64,000 bases of DNA from an uncultured Chloroflexia bacterium (GTDB taxonomy: Bacteria; Chloroflexota; Chloroflexia; Thermomicrobiales; CFX8). This document shows, one piece after another, positions 19,851 through 28,859 of the stretch; position 1 is the stretch's first letter; each line of letters starts with the position of its first letter. Position numbers and translations under genes: made by a program. Below the pieces are notes generated by a model. The model searched no databases. It was given only the letters and a program-made list of their open reading frames with translations, and was not told the origin of the DNA. Location of the stretch: positions 197,509-261,508 of the forward strand of contig CAVPYN010000017.1 of the NCBI GenBank assembly GCA_963709995.1, in the 5' to 3' direction.

Positions 19851-20996
19851 ATGCCATTGACTGACCGGAGCTCATTTACGAACCAGCAACGAATCTATGA
19901 CGTCATCGCAGCCCATCAACTCGATGCGATTGTTGTCGCGCAGATGGAGAACGTCGTCTATTGCTCCGGCTTTTACAATTTTGATCTCCGGTTGCTGCCC
20001 GATCGGATATGCATGGTCGTCTGGCCCCGTGAGGGCGATCCAGTCTTCGTCGTTCCCGACCGGCGCGCCGCCAGCGATGGACAGATGAGCTTCATTGAGG
20101 ACATTCGCGGCTACAAGCTGCTGGACGGCGTTTTCAATCCATATCCGATGGAGATGGTGCGCGATGTCCTGGCTGAGAAAGGTCTCCTGACGGGAAGAAT
20201 CGGCTATGAAGAACTGTACGTTCCGGTCTATCACGCCGACCAGCTGCGTCAGAACCTGCCCGAAGCCGAACTGGTGAGTTGCGACTACGTCATGGACGAA
20301 ATCCGCATGGTGAAGACGCCAGCCGAGATCGAACAACTGCGCTTCGCAGCCGTCCAGACCGAGAAGGCCATCGCCAACGCCTACGAATTCACACGCCCTG
20401 GAGACACCGAAAAGCAGATTGTCGATCACATGGGCTACGCGATCACCAAACTGGGCGCGGACTTCGTTTTTGCCAATGTCTTCGCCGCCGGACAGCGCAC
20501 CCCGCTCGGCCACCATCTGGCAGAGGAGATCCCGGTGCGACATGGCGATATCATCCGGGTGGATTACGGCGGCTCATTCGACGGCTATGTCTCCGATCTG
20601 GTGCGGATGGCCGTCGTGGGCAAACCCAACGGTCGACAGGCCGCCGTCTATGGGGCGCTCGCCGAAGGGCAGCAGGAAGTGATCGAGTGGCTTCGCCCGG
20701 GACAATCCATGGCTGAGATCGCCAGAAAGATGCAAGAGATCACCGGCCCCAAATTGCCGGAGGGCCTCAACGTGCACGGCTTCGGTCATTGCATCGGCCT
20801 CGGCATCCATGATCGACCTTTCATCACGGTCGATGATGACCGGCTGACGGAGCCGGGGATGGTCATGCAGATCGAACACATCACGACTGACGGGCGCGAA
20901 ACGTATCATGTCGAAGATACGGTGCTCTTTCGAGAAAGTGGCGCCGAACTGCTCTCTGACTACAGCGACACCACGTCGATGTACGTGATCGAATAG
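19851..20996 (+). CDS. M24 family metallopeptidase (Xaa-Pro peptidase/creatinase-like)
   Basis: Creatinase/prolidase N-domain plus a pita-bread C-domain (VDYGGSFDGYVSDL, HGFGHCIGLGIHD, QIEH). I chose ATG 19851, 9 nt after GAGGAGG. Confidence 0.85.
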   Translation: MPLTDRSSFTNQQRIYDVIAAHQLDAIVVAQMENVVYCSGFYNFDLRLLPDRICMVVWPREGDPVFVVPDRRAASDGQMSFIEDIRGYKLLDGVFNPYPMEMVRDVLAEKGLLTGRIGYEELYVPVYHADQLRQNLPEAELVSCDYVMDEIRMVKTPAEIEQLRFAAVQTEKAIANAYEFTRPGDTEKQIVDHMGYAITKLGADFVFANVFAAGQRTPLGHHLAEEIPVRHGDIIRVDYGGSFDGYVSDLVRMAVVGKPNGRQAAVYGALAEGQQEVIEWLRPGQSMAEIARKMQEITGPKLPEGLNVHGFGHCIGLGIHDRPFITVDDDRLTEPGMVMQIEHITTDGRETYHVEDTVLFRESGAELLSDYSDTTSMYVIE

Positions 20997-21007
20997 GCCG
21001 GGCGCGA

Positions 21008-21406
21008 TTGCGGCGACGGATTTCAACATTTCGTTCGTACTTTATCGGCGCGGCGACCGAAATCTACGCATTGTCGTTGGCGCTGCGGGATCCGCATGCA
21101 TCATGGGCGGCGCGTCTGGTTGCGCTAGCATTCGCGCTCTACGTTCTGAACCCGATTGACATCATCCCGGAACCGCTTCCGTTCATCGGCATTGCGGATG
21201 ATCTCCTGGCAATCCCCTTGGCCTATGTTGTCGTTTCGAAGATGATGCCCGACCAGCTCATGGAGGTGGCCCATCGCCATGCCCAGGCGTCGAATGCAGG
21301 CGACCGGCTCTGGCGGGTCTTCCTCGTCGCACTCGGGCTCTTGTCAATCCTGTGGATCATCGCCTTTATCGGCCTTGGCATTACGATCTGGCGGGCACTG
21401 AGTTGA
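21008..21406 (+). CDS. DUF1232 (YkvA-like) membrane protein
   Basis: LNPIDIIPEPLPFIGIADDL motif plus a C-terminal TM helix. Confidence 0.7.
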   Translation: MRRRISTFRSYFIGAATEIYALSLALRDPHASWAARLVALAFALYVLNPIDIIPEPLPFIGIADDLLAIPLAYVVVSKMMPDQLMEVAHRHAQASNAGDRLWRVFLVALGLLSILWIIAFIGLGITIWRALS

Positions 21407-21544
21407 TAGATATAGCCAGCGCGCCAAAGACCGATCCTGAATACAAGGGAATGCTTATGGATCGCGCTGGACCGCTGCTTGCGGATCTATCCTCGAATGT
21501 GCCTGGAAGATACGTGGGCACAGTCCTGAGTCAGTAATAATTGG

Positions 21545-21997
21545 ATGGTGCTAGAGCGAACAATCTGGAAAGGCCTCTGCATGGCACTGATCAAACGCGT
21601 TGGCCGGCTCGCGACCAAGACCGGCAAATTCTGGACCGACGCATACATCCTTTATCTGGCGGCACGCGACGGGAGAGTACCGGCCTACGCGCGCCTGGCG
21701 GCCGCGGCATTCGCGATCTACGTGATCAGCCCAATTGACATTGTTCCCGATCCGATACCGCTTATCGGCATCGTCGACGACTACATGATCATCCCAATCG
21801 GCCTGCTGATTGTCCGGCAGCTCGTTCCGGAGTATCTGCGACTTGAGCATCAGCAGTTGGCGATCGCTCGCCAACCGCAGCGTCCAGGCTTCGGCGAAGC
21901 GATCTCGATTGCCTCCGGCCTGGTGCGACGCGTTCCATTCCCGGAGAAGCTGAGCATCCAGGATGTGCCGCGCATGTTGCGACTGCGGGGCCAGTGA
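21545..21997 (+). CDS. DUF1232 (YkvA-like) membrane protein, tandem paralog
   Basis: ISPIDIVPDPIPLIGIVDDYMI motif; second copy in tandem. Confidence 0.7.
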   Translation: MVLERTIWKGLCMALIKRVGRLATKTGKFWTDAYILYLAARDGRVPAYARLAAAAFAIYVISPIDIVPDPIPLIGIVDDYMIIPIGLLIVRQLVPEYLRLEHQQLAIARQPQRPGFGEAISIASGLVRRVPFPEKLSIQDVPRMLRLRGQ

Positions 21998-22010
21998 GGG
22001 ACGGCGCCGC

Positions 22011-23213
22011 CTACCACTCGGCTCCCGAGAGGACTTCGGCTCTATCGGCCGTAACCAGCACAGATTCTTCAACGACCGCAGTGCCGAGGCCGTACCGCAC
22101 CAGCATGGGCTCAAGTGCGAAGATCATGCCCACTTCGAGCAGCGACTCGTCGCCGGGGCCGAGAAACGGCATTTCGAAGAGCGAGAGACCAAGACCGTGC
22201 CCGAGCCCGTTTGGCATGTAGTCTGCGCTGAATCCAGATCGCCGCGCAGTGCGCTCCGCCGCCCGATAGATATCCCGAACCGGCGTGCCTGGACGAATCA
22301 CCCGCAGACATTCGCGGAACATGTCAACCGACGCGTCAAGCATCGCCTGCTCTTCGCTGCCGGCTTCTCCGACCGTCAATGTGCGAGAGAGGTCCGCATG
22401 ATACCCGCCCATCACCGCTCCGGTATCCAGGAAGACCAGGTCGCCAGGCGACATGACCCGCTCGGTCGGGTCAGCGTGCTTCAGCCCGGCTCGCGGACCG
22501 CTCGAAACCGCCGTTTCGAACCCGATGCGCTCGGCGCCCGACTCCATCAACCTTGCCTGCATCGCGGCGGCGACCTCACGTTCGCTGGCTCCGGGCTGGC
22601 AGGCAACCATCCCGGCTTCCAGAGCGACCCGGGTCATTCTGCAAGCATCGCGGAAGTACTCGATCTCGCGCGGGCTCTTGATGGACCGTGGGCGAAGAAC
22701 GGTTGCGGCGCCCTCTCTCCAATGGACGTCCGGCAACCTGGACCTGAGTTCGAACCCGATGGAAGCCGGGAGATTGGCAAACGACGCTACGCCTAGTGTG
22801 CCAGTCGCCAGTCCGCGCTCATGTATCGCTTCGACGATCAGATCGGCGACAGTCCCTGGCTGTGAGCCAGGAAGGACCGATGCCGGGCGAACATCATCGA
22901 CGATCGCATCCCAGATCATCGAGTGCATCGGTTCACCATGCAAGATGTAGTTGAAGACCAGCACCGGATCGGCATCGAGCGGCACGAGCAGGAATGCCGT
23001 GCCACCATGCGGCTTGTAGTTCGACAAATAGGCCAGGCTGGCAGAATCCTCGTGGTTGCCAACGACCAACAGACCGTCAAATGCGGCCCCCGCCATCTGA
23101 ACGCGGACAGACCTCAATCGTTCAGCGTATTCGTCGAGCGAAAAGCGCAGATTCGTCCACTCGCGCCGGGTCTCGGCATCATAGGGCACGGCACAGGGAT
23201 ATTCGGCTGGCAT
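22011..23213 (-). CDS. M24 family metallopeptidase (Xaa-Pro dipeptidase/creatinase-like)
   Basis: FLDTGAVMGGYHADLSRT, GHGLGLSLFE and ALEP metal-ligand contexts. Confidence 0.85.
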   Translation of the reverse strand: MPAEYPCAVPYDAETRREWTNLRFSLDEYAERLRSVRVQMAGAAFDGLLVVGNHEDSASLAYLSNYKPHGGTAFLLVPLDADPVLVFNYILHGEPMHSMIWDAIVDDVRPASVLPGSQPGTVADLIVEAIHERGLATGTLGVASFANLPASIGFELRSRLPDVHWREGAATVLRPRSIKSPREIEYFRDACRMTRVALEAGMVACQPGASEREVAAAMQARLMESGAERIGFETAVSSGPRAGLKHADPTERVMSPGDLVFLDTGAVMGGYHADLSRTLTVGEAGSEEQAMLDASVDMFRECLRVIRPGTPVRDIYRAAERTARRSGFSADYMPNGLGHGLGLSLFEMPFLGPGDESLLEVGMIFALEPMLVRYGLGTAVVEESVLVTADRAEVLSGAEW

Positions 23214-23312
23214 CGATGTCTCCTCGTCTTCTCGTCGAACGGACCGGCGGAATTGTAGACGCGAAACGGATCGACGCTGAGCGAGCGACGGCGATTGCCC
23301 CCTCTTCGACGA

Positions 23313-23957
23313 TCAGAGCTTCCGGGCATGGATCTGGATCGACGGGGGTGGCGCGCGGTGGGACAACCGGCGCGCCCAGCTAGTGCGGAGTCGCTGGAGA
23401 TCATCCGGACCCACCTCGTCCACTGAAACAATGTCCAGCCCGGCCTCGCGATAAGAAGGCCGTAGCTCATCCTCGACATATTGCACTGTGACCTCCGGCA
23501 AGTCCCGGGCGTCAAGTGGAACCGGATTATCGAAGATCCGAAGATTGAGAATGATCCGGTACGCCGCGCCTGGCGCCCCGACCCGCGCCAGGGCTTTCAA
23601 CACCTCTTGATCTGGCACGATCAAGCCACGCATCAGACTGCCCCACGGGAAGTTGACGAACACATTCTCCACCAACCCGTCCAGTTCTCCCGGCATCCGC
23701 TCGACGCTCCCCACGACGAACAGCACATTGTCCCGGCGCGACTTCTTCCGGGTAATCCGGCTGGCGGCGTCGGCCATCGCCTCGGGAACGGGATCCAATC
23801 CGACGACGAGCCGGTGGGGATGGGCCCTGGCACGGTCAAGCACGAAGCCGCCATCACCGGTTCCGATGTCGAGGTCCACACCGGAGTAGCCCGACGCCAT
23901 CTGTCGAAACGCATCCGAGCCGATTTCGTTCTGGTTTCGCCCCTGAAGCACTCGCAT
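23313..23957 (-). CDS. KamB/NpmA-family 16S rRNA (adenine1408-N1)-methyltransferase-like protein
   Basis: DLDIGTGDGGFV (SAM motif I), VGLDPV, NFPWGSLMRGL and LRTSWARRL. These line up with the VGTGDG, MPWGSLLRG and TSWTRRL blocks I recall from KamB/NpmA. I chose the internal Met (MRVLQG...), giving 214 aa, the family-typical size. Confidence 0.75.
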   Translation of the reverse strand: MRVLQGRNQNEIGSDAFRQMASGYSGVDLDIGTGDGGFVLDRARAHPHRLVVGLDPVPEAMADAASRITRKKSRRDNVLFVVGSVERMPGELDGLVENVFVNFPWGSLMRGLIVPDQEVLKALARVGAPGAAYRIILNLRIFDNPVPLDARDLPEVTVQYVEDELRPSYREAGLDIVSVDEVGPDDLQRLRTSWARRLSHRAPPPSIQIHARKL

Positions 23958-24026
23958 ATCAATGATCCTACCGGCAGAGCCATACGGTCGGCTACGATGT
24001 CGAACGAATCTGGAAAGGGGCATGCC

Positions 24027-25542
24027 ATGACCGGCGGCAAACGAGTGGCAATCGGAATGATCTCGCACGAAACAAACACCTTCTCACCGATTCCAACAGA
24101 TATCACCGCATTCGCGGAGCAGCGCTACGGGATCATCGAAGGCGCTGCCGTTGTTTCGAGTCTCGGTGGAACGAAGACCGGAATCGGCGGCTTCCTGGAA
24201 GTCGGAGAAACGCATGGCTGGGAAATGATCGGGACGGTCGTTGCCTCGGCAACACCATCAGCAAACGTGAGCTCGCGCGCCCATGATGCCCTCAAAGGGA
24301 AGTTGATCGACCACCTCGTGGCGGCAGGCGAACTGGACGGCGTCCTGCTCCACCTGCATGGCGCGATGCTCTCGGAGAATGCGCCGGATGCCGAAGGAGA
24401 TATTTGCGAGGCGGTCCGGGAGGTGATCGGCCCTGCGATCCCGCTGATCGTCGAGATGGATCTTCACGGCAACATCACGCCGGAGTTCTGCGCGGTCGTC
24501 GATGGCGTCATCGTCTACGACACGAATCCCCATATCGATACCTACGAACGTGGCGTCGAAGCCGCGAACCTGATGGCTGCGATCCTGAATGAAGAGATCC
24601 TGCGTCCCGGGGTTCACATCTCGAAACCGCCGATGCTCCCACCAACGATCAACATGCGCACCGCTGAGGGGCCGATGGTCAAGCTGCTGGAACGCGGGCG
24701 AGAGTGGGAATCCGGCCCTGGCATCGTCAACGTTGCCGTGTTTCCCGGATTCCCCTACGCCGACTTCGCTGGCGCGGGGACCTCGATCGTCGTGACGGCG
24801 ACCGATCCCGATCTGGGGCAGCGTTGCGCGCGAGAGATGGGAGCAGCTCGCCTGGAATCTGCGTGATGAGTTCCTGAAGCCGATCCCACCGGTTGATGAA
24901 GCCCTCGAACGGGCACTGATGATCGCGGACAACGATACTGCCGGGATAGGTCCTGTCATGCTTGCCGATGTCGCCGACAACCCGGGCGGCGGGGGATCCG
25001 GGGATACGCCTGAGCTAATCCACGAACTGGTCCGCCGGGGAGCACGGGGCGCGGTTGCCTGCCTGTGGGATCCCGAAACGGTCGACGAAGCTCATATCGC
25101 CGGTATTGGCGCGGAACTGGAGTTCAATCTCGGCGGCAAGGCAAGCTCCCTCTATGGGCCACCCGTTGTGGCCCGGGGCATCGTACGCTGTCTTTCGGAC
25201 GGCATCTTCATCGGTTACGGGCCAGTCGTCCGCGGGCTCACGGTTCGCTGCGGCAGGACCGCGCTGATTGATGTCGGTGGACTGAAAATCGTCGTCACGA
25301 CGGTCCGGCATGCCGCGAATGACCAGGGCTACTTCAAGATGGTTGGCATCCAGCCAGAGCGAGAACCCTTGTTGGTCATCAAGTCACGCGGTCACTTTCG
25401 GGCCGACTTTGAACCGCTCGCCAGGACAATCATCGAGGTGGACGCGTCGGGAGCCGCAAACCCGAACCTTGATCGCTACGATTTCCAGCATGTCCAACGC
25501 CCGATCTGGCCGCTCGATCCGGAGACGAGTTGGGACGCTTAA
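24027..25542 (+). pseudogene. M81 (MlrC/microcystinase C-like) peptidase, one frameshift near 24851
   Basis: The N-domain runs from ATG 24027 (MTGGKRVAIGMISHETNTFSP...) to the stop at 24866. The C-domain continues in the frame of ORF 24919..25542 (WNLRDEFLKPIPPVDEALERALMIADN...MLADVADNPGGGG...). The ORF-track extension 23481..24026 is antisense to the methyltransferase and I ignored it. Confidence 0.8.
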
Positions 25543-25584
25543 CCTTACTGGAATGCCCCAAAACGGGATCCCGACACAGTTCCT

Positions 25585-26028
25585 TCACATCGCATCAGGG
25601 TCGCGGGTTTCGGGTGGAAGGGCTCCGAGCTGCCGCAAGAAGCGATGGTGATCGAAGTTGAACCATCCCTCGGAAATCTTTCCGTCTTCTATCCGAAACA
25701 TGCCCATGCCGGTGTATGAAATCTGGCGGCCGTCGTGGTCGAGGCCGTCCCATTCCCCGGCAAGATGCCCGACGAACTTGACCCGAAAGGCAACCCGGTC
25801 CTCCTCTGCGGTCACATCATCGAGTTCAAAGCGCTGGTCTGGAAAAGCAGCCCGCGATCGCTCGATCATCGATTTCAGCTTGTCTCTGCCTTCGCGCATT
25901 TCCGAAGGGAGACTGGGGTCGTGAGCGACATAGTCCCGGTCGAAGAGATCATCGACGACCGTCACATTGCCACGATTGAGCTCTCCATAGTAGTGCTCGA
26001 CAATCGTCTTGTTTCGTTCAATATCCAT
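25585..26028 (-). CDS. SnoaL-like/ester cyclase (NTF2-fold) protein
   Basis: MDIERNKTIVEHYYGELNRGNVTVVDDLF..YVAHDP is a typical predicted ester cyclase N-terminus. AGAGG lies 7 nt upstream of ATG 26028. Confidence 0.7.
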   Translation of the reverse strand: MDIERNKTIVEHYYGELNRGNVTVVDDLFDRDYVAHDPSLPSEMREGRDKLKSMIERSRAAFPDQRFELDDVTAEEDRVAFRVKFVGHLAGEWDGLDHDGRQISYTGMGMFRIEDGKISEGWFNFDHHRFLRQLGALPPETRDPDAM

Positions 26029-26257
26029 CTTCGAGCCTCTTCTTCCACGTAGCATTCTCGTCCTGAGTGGCGCTACGATCTATTAATCCGGCTGCGCAGG
26101 TCGCGCCCACTGCTCAGGAGATCATCGATTTCCAACCGAACCCGCGAGAGCTGATCATGTTCACTCGCGACAAATCGGGTGTACGGAGACAGTGCCTCCC
26201 GCACCCGCCGGATCGAACGGGCTATCTCCGCGTGAAAACCGTCTTCGAGCACGTCGC

Positions 26258-27814
26258 TCAGTTGTTGTTCGAGTTCGGCGGAGCGCGTCGCAGTTCTGTG
26301 CGGGCAGATCTCCTGCGAGCCGGCAGAATCAGCAGTCCCAGACCCGCGACGGTCGCCGCGGCAAGGATCCCCGTGACGTCGGCGGCGGCGGTCGTGGCAA
26401 GCGCCACGACAACCGCGCCAAGTGACACGGCCCCGGCCTGGGCGACCGCTGTCTGAGCGATGGCAGAACGGACGTTCTCGGCGATGTGAGCGGCCTCCGC
26501 ACGCTGATCGTAGCGATCGACAACCTCATCCGCCTGCCGCGAGACCTGGTTGATCAACGTCTGACGATCCGCATGAAAGCGCGTCCCGATATCGCCCACC
26601 ATATCGGCACGGTAGCGTTCCAGCGTCTTCCGGTCGAGCATCGCGTTGACCGCTTGCCAGAGTCGCAGATCCTGGGCCACCATCCAGTCGATCAGTTCTT
26701 CAACCGTCTGATCGATCTGCTGCTCGGTGCCCGCCACGACATCTCGCTCGAAGGCGCTTCGCGTCTGCTCGGAACGCATGAGATCAAAGACGCTGCCGAT
26801 CCGGATGTACTCTTCGAAGAAACGGTCGGCTCGCTCATTCAGCCGGTGGACGATATTCTCGATGCGTGTCTCAAAAATGGCGAATTCGCGTGTCGTTTCC
26901 GACTCATGGCTGTCGATGAACGTTTCGATGCGCTCGATCGTCGCCCGATCTTCCCCGAGCATCGCAAGACGCTCATCGGCAACGCTCGCGTAGCGTTCCA
27001 GCAGACGTTCGGCTACGCCGATCGGGTTCAGCAACTTCAGCCGCAGGCGTTCCGTTTCATCGAGGGTCGCGAGGATGTAGTCCCTCAATGGCGCAAACCT
27101 GCCATTCGCATCGCCACGTTCGGCTAGCCGGGCGGAAATCGGGAACACCAGAGGATCGATAGCCAGCAGTTTGCGTCCATTCTCGGCAATGAAATCCAGC
27201 ACATCCTGAAGCTCGGATTCGCGCTCGAAGAGGTCGATCTTGTTCAACACGAAGACGATCTTTTTGCCCCATCGCTGGATTTCTTCGAGAAAGTCACGTT
27301 CCGACTCGGTGAACGGCCGGTCTGCCGAGGTGACGAAGAGCACCAGATCAGCTCTGGGGACGAAGTCCCGCGACAGCATTTCGTGTTCGCGAATGATCGC
27401 GTTCGTGCCGGGCGTGTCGACGATGTTGATCTCCTGGAGAAACGGGGCTGGATTGGTGCGCACGATCACACCATCCGGGGTAGTCTCATCTGGCCCCTCT
27501 TCACCGTAGGTCAGTACATGAATCCGGCTGGTTGTCGGGGTGACGCCCTCGGGCATGATCGGTTCGCCAATGAGGGCATTGATCAGCGCCGACTTGCCCG
27601 AGTTGAACTCACCGGCGACGACAAGGAGAAAGAGTGTTTCGACATTGCGCCGGGCTTCACGAAGTAATGTCAGGTCTTTCGCGACCGATTCAACCCGTGG
27701 AAAGCCCCGCAATAGCCCGTCAGCCGCGGACAGGATCGCGATGACATCATCGCGGAGCTCTTGTTGTCCTGGTTTCAGGTGATAAACCGTCGGACTGGAT
27801 TTTGGCTCTTCCAT
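26258..27814 (-). CDS. bacterial dynamin-like GTPase; the C-terminal ~70 aa continue in another frame down to 26073
   Basis: P-loop VVAGEFNSGKSALINALIG, DTPG and NKID. A hydrophobic paddle (AVSLGAVVVALATTAAADVTGILAAATVAGLGLLILP) follows. After about 26285 a second frame reads SAELEQQLSDVLEDGFHAEIARSIRRVREALSPYTRFVASEHDQLSRVRLEIDDLLSSGRDLRSRINRS*, with its stop at 26073-26075. Confidence 0.8.
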   Translation of the reverse strand: MEEPKSSPTVYHLKPGQQELRDDVIAILSAADGLLRGFPRVESVAKDLTLLREARRNVETLFLLVVAGEFNSGKSALINALIGEPIMPEGVTPTTSRIHVLTYGEEGPDETTPDGVIVRTNPAPFLQEINIVDTPGTNAIIREHEMLSRDFVPRADLVLFVTSADRPFTESERDFLEEIQRWGKKIVFVLNKIDLFERESELQDVLDFIAENGRKLLAIDPLVFPISARLAERGDANGRFAPLRDYILATLDETERLRLKLLNPIGVAERLLERYASVADERLAMLGEDRATIERIETFIDSHESETTREFAIFETRIENIVHRLNERADRFFEEYIRIGSVFDLMRSEQTRSAFERDVVAGTEQQIDQTVEELIDWMVAQDLRLWQAVNAMLDRKTLERYRADMVGDIGTRFHADRQTLINQVSRQADEVVDRYDQRAEAAHIAENVRSAIAQTAVAQAGAVSLGAVVVALATTAAADVTGILAAATVAGLGLLILPARRRSARTELRRAPPNSNNN

Positions 27815-27902
27815 TGGTGGCGCCGGTCCTTTCCAATCAGCATCAAATGTACGCTATTCTGCGCGGTGGACCTGTCGGGAGATCGTCAAACAAGGAACCA
27901 CT

Positions 27903-28319
27903 TTGGCTAACCACCCTGCAAATCTCGCTCTCCGCTTTCTACTCGAAGTCGTGGCTGTCTCGGCGCTCGCATTCTGGGGCTGGGCATGGGGCGGCTGGTA
28001 TCGCTGGCCGCTGGCGATCGGGATCGCCGCCGCTGCGATGGCAATCTGGGCGATCTTCCGAACGCCGGGAGACGCGTCGAGCGGCGGCCAGGGCATCGTG
28101 CCAACCCCGGGCCCGATCCGACTTGTGATTGAACTTGGCCTGTTTGGGCTGGCGGTGGCCGCGCTTCTCACCGCGCACGCAAATAGCCGGGCCACGACAA
28201 TGGCGCTTATTCTCGCCGTCCTCGTCATCGTCCACTACGCACTTTCCTGGGATCGAATTTTCTGGCTTGTTGGCCGATCGGCTGGCGCCCAATCGAAATC
28301 AGACCCTGACTCGCACTGA
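27903..28319 (+). CDS. small membrane protein (DUF2568/YrdB-like, tentative)
   Basis: LRFLLEVVAVSALAFWGW...WAIFRTPGD... pattern with 4 hydrophobic segments. TTG start. Confidence 0.6.
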   Translation: MANHPANLALRFLLEVVAVSALAFWGWAWGGWYRWPLAIGIAAAAMAIWAIFRTPGDASSGGQGIVPTPGPIRLVIELGLFGLAVAALLTAHANSRATTMALILAVLVIVHYALSWDRIFWLVGRSAGAQSKSDPDSH

Positions 28320-28468
28320 TTGTCGACTTGGGCCAACCAAATGGAGAGCGGTGGCGATGAAACCCGCCAGACCTTGACGACCGTCGCTCGGTGGGGGTAG
28401 AAGTTAATGGTCAATAGATCGAATGTTGCCCCATCTTCTGTGGGGTGATGCACGCAAAGGAGGTTCGA

Positions 28469-28705
28469 ATGGCCGACGATCGAAGGCCAGTGACGATCGA
28501 GTACTGCACGTCTTGAGGGTATCTTGAGAAAGCCGTCAGTTTGACGGAAAAGCTACTCGACGAAAAGAGCGACAAGATCAGCCAGGTTACACTTATCCCA
28601 TCCGGTGGTGGCGTCCATGAGGTCACATACGGGGATACAGTCGTCCACTCAAAGCAGGAGACTGGCGAGCATCCGAATCCGGATGCGGTTCTGGCCGCGA
28701 TCTAA
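28469..28705 (+). CDS. SelW/Rdx-family selenoprotein (CxxU), in-frame TGA at 28514-28516 read as Sec
   Basis: AAGGAGG at 28457-28463, ATG at 28469. Translation: MADDRRPVTIEYCTS-U-GYLEKAVSLTEKLLDEKSDKISQVTLIPSGGGVHEVTYGDTVVHSKQETGEHPNPDAVLAAI*, 78 codons. It matches the bacterial SelW-like pattern (I/V)xYCxxC/U...RA..L...L....V.L.P..GG.FEV...G..V.S(K/R)...G.FP. A hairpin follows the TGA and a terminator follows the TAA. Confidence 0.75.
28533..28547 (+). promoter_or_regulatory. candidate bacterial SECIS apical hairpin
   Basis: CCGTCA-GTT-TGACGG starts 16 nt after the UGA. The loop contains GU. Possible extra pairing GAG/CUC flanks it. Confidence 0.4.
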
Positions 28706-28739
28706 TCAGATCGCAACCTCTTAACCACTGCTAGCATGC

Positions 28740-28776
28740 ATCCCGCGCCAACTGATCCGGCGCGGGATCTGTTTTC
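28740..28776 (+). terminator. rho-independent terminator of the selenoprotein gene
   Basis: TCCCGCGCC-N9-GGCGCGGGA followed by TCTGTTTT. Confidence 0.6.
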
Positions 28777-28859
28777 ACGATGGATTTGCGATAGACACCA
28801 GCCTCGGAAGGTGCGATGATTAGGTGGTACTATCGTCTTACTTTACTTAGGGTGTCATC

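Noticed and set aside
23481-24026. N-terminal 180-codon extension of the MlrC ORF (track start at 23481)
   Set aside because: It overlaps the KamB/NpmA-like gene on the opposite strand and has no MlrC-like sequence. Family-like sequence begins at ATG 24027 (MTGGKRVAIGMISHETNTF).
28462-28471. GGTTCGAAT, a tRNA T-loop-like string
   Set aside because: No acceptor, D or anticodon arms can be drawn around it. It is the spacer between the SD and the ATG of the selenoprotein gene.
28411-28626. 71-aa minus-strand ORF
   Set aside because: It is antisense to the SelW-like gene, which has an SD, family motifs and a terminator.
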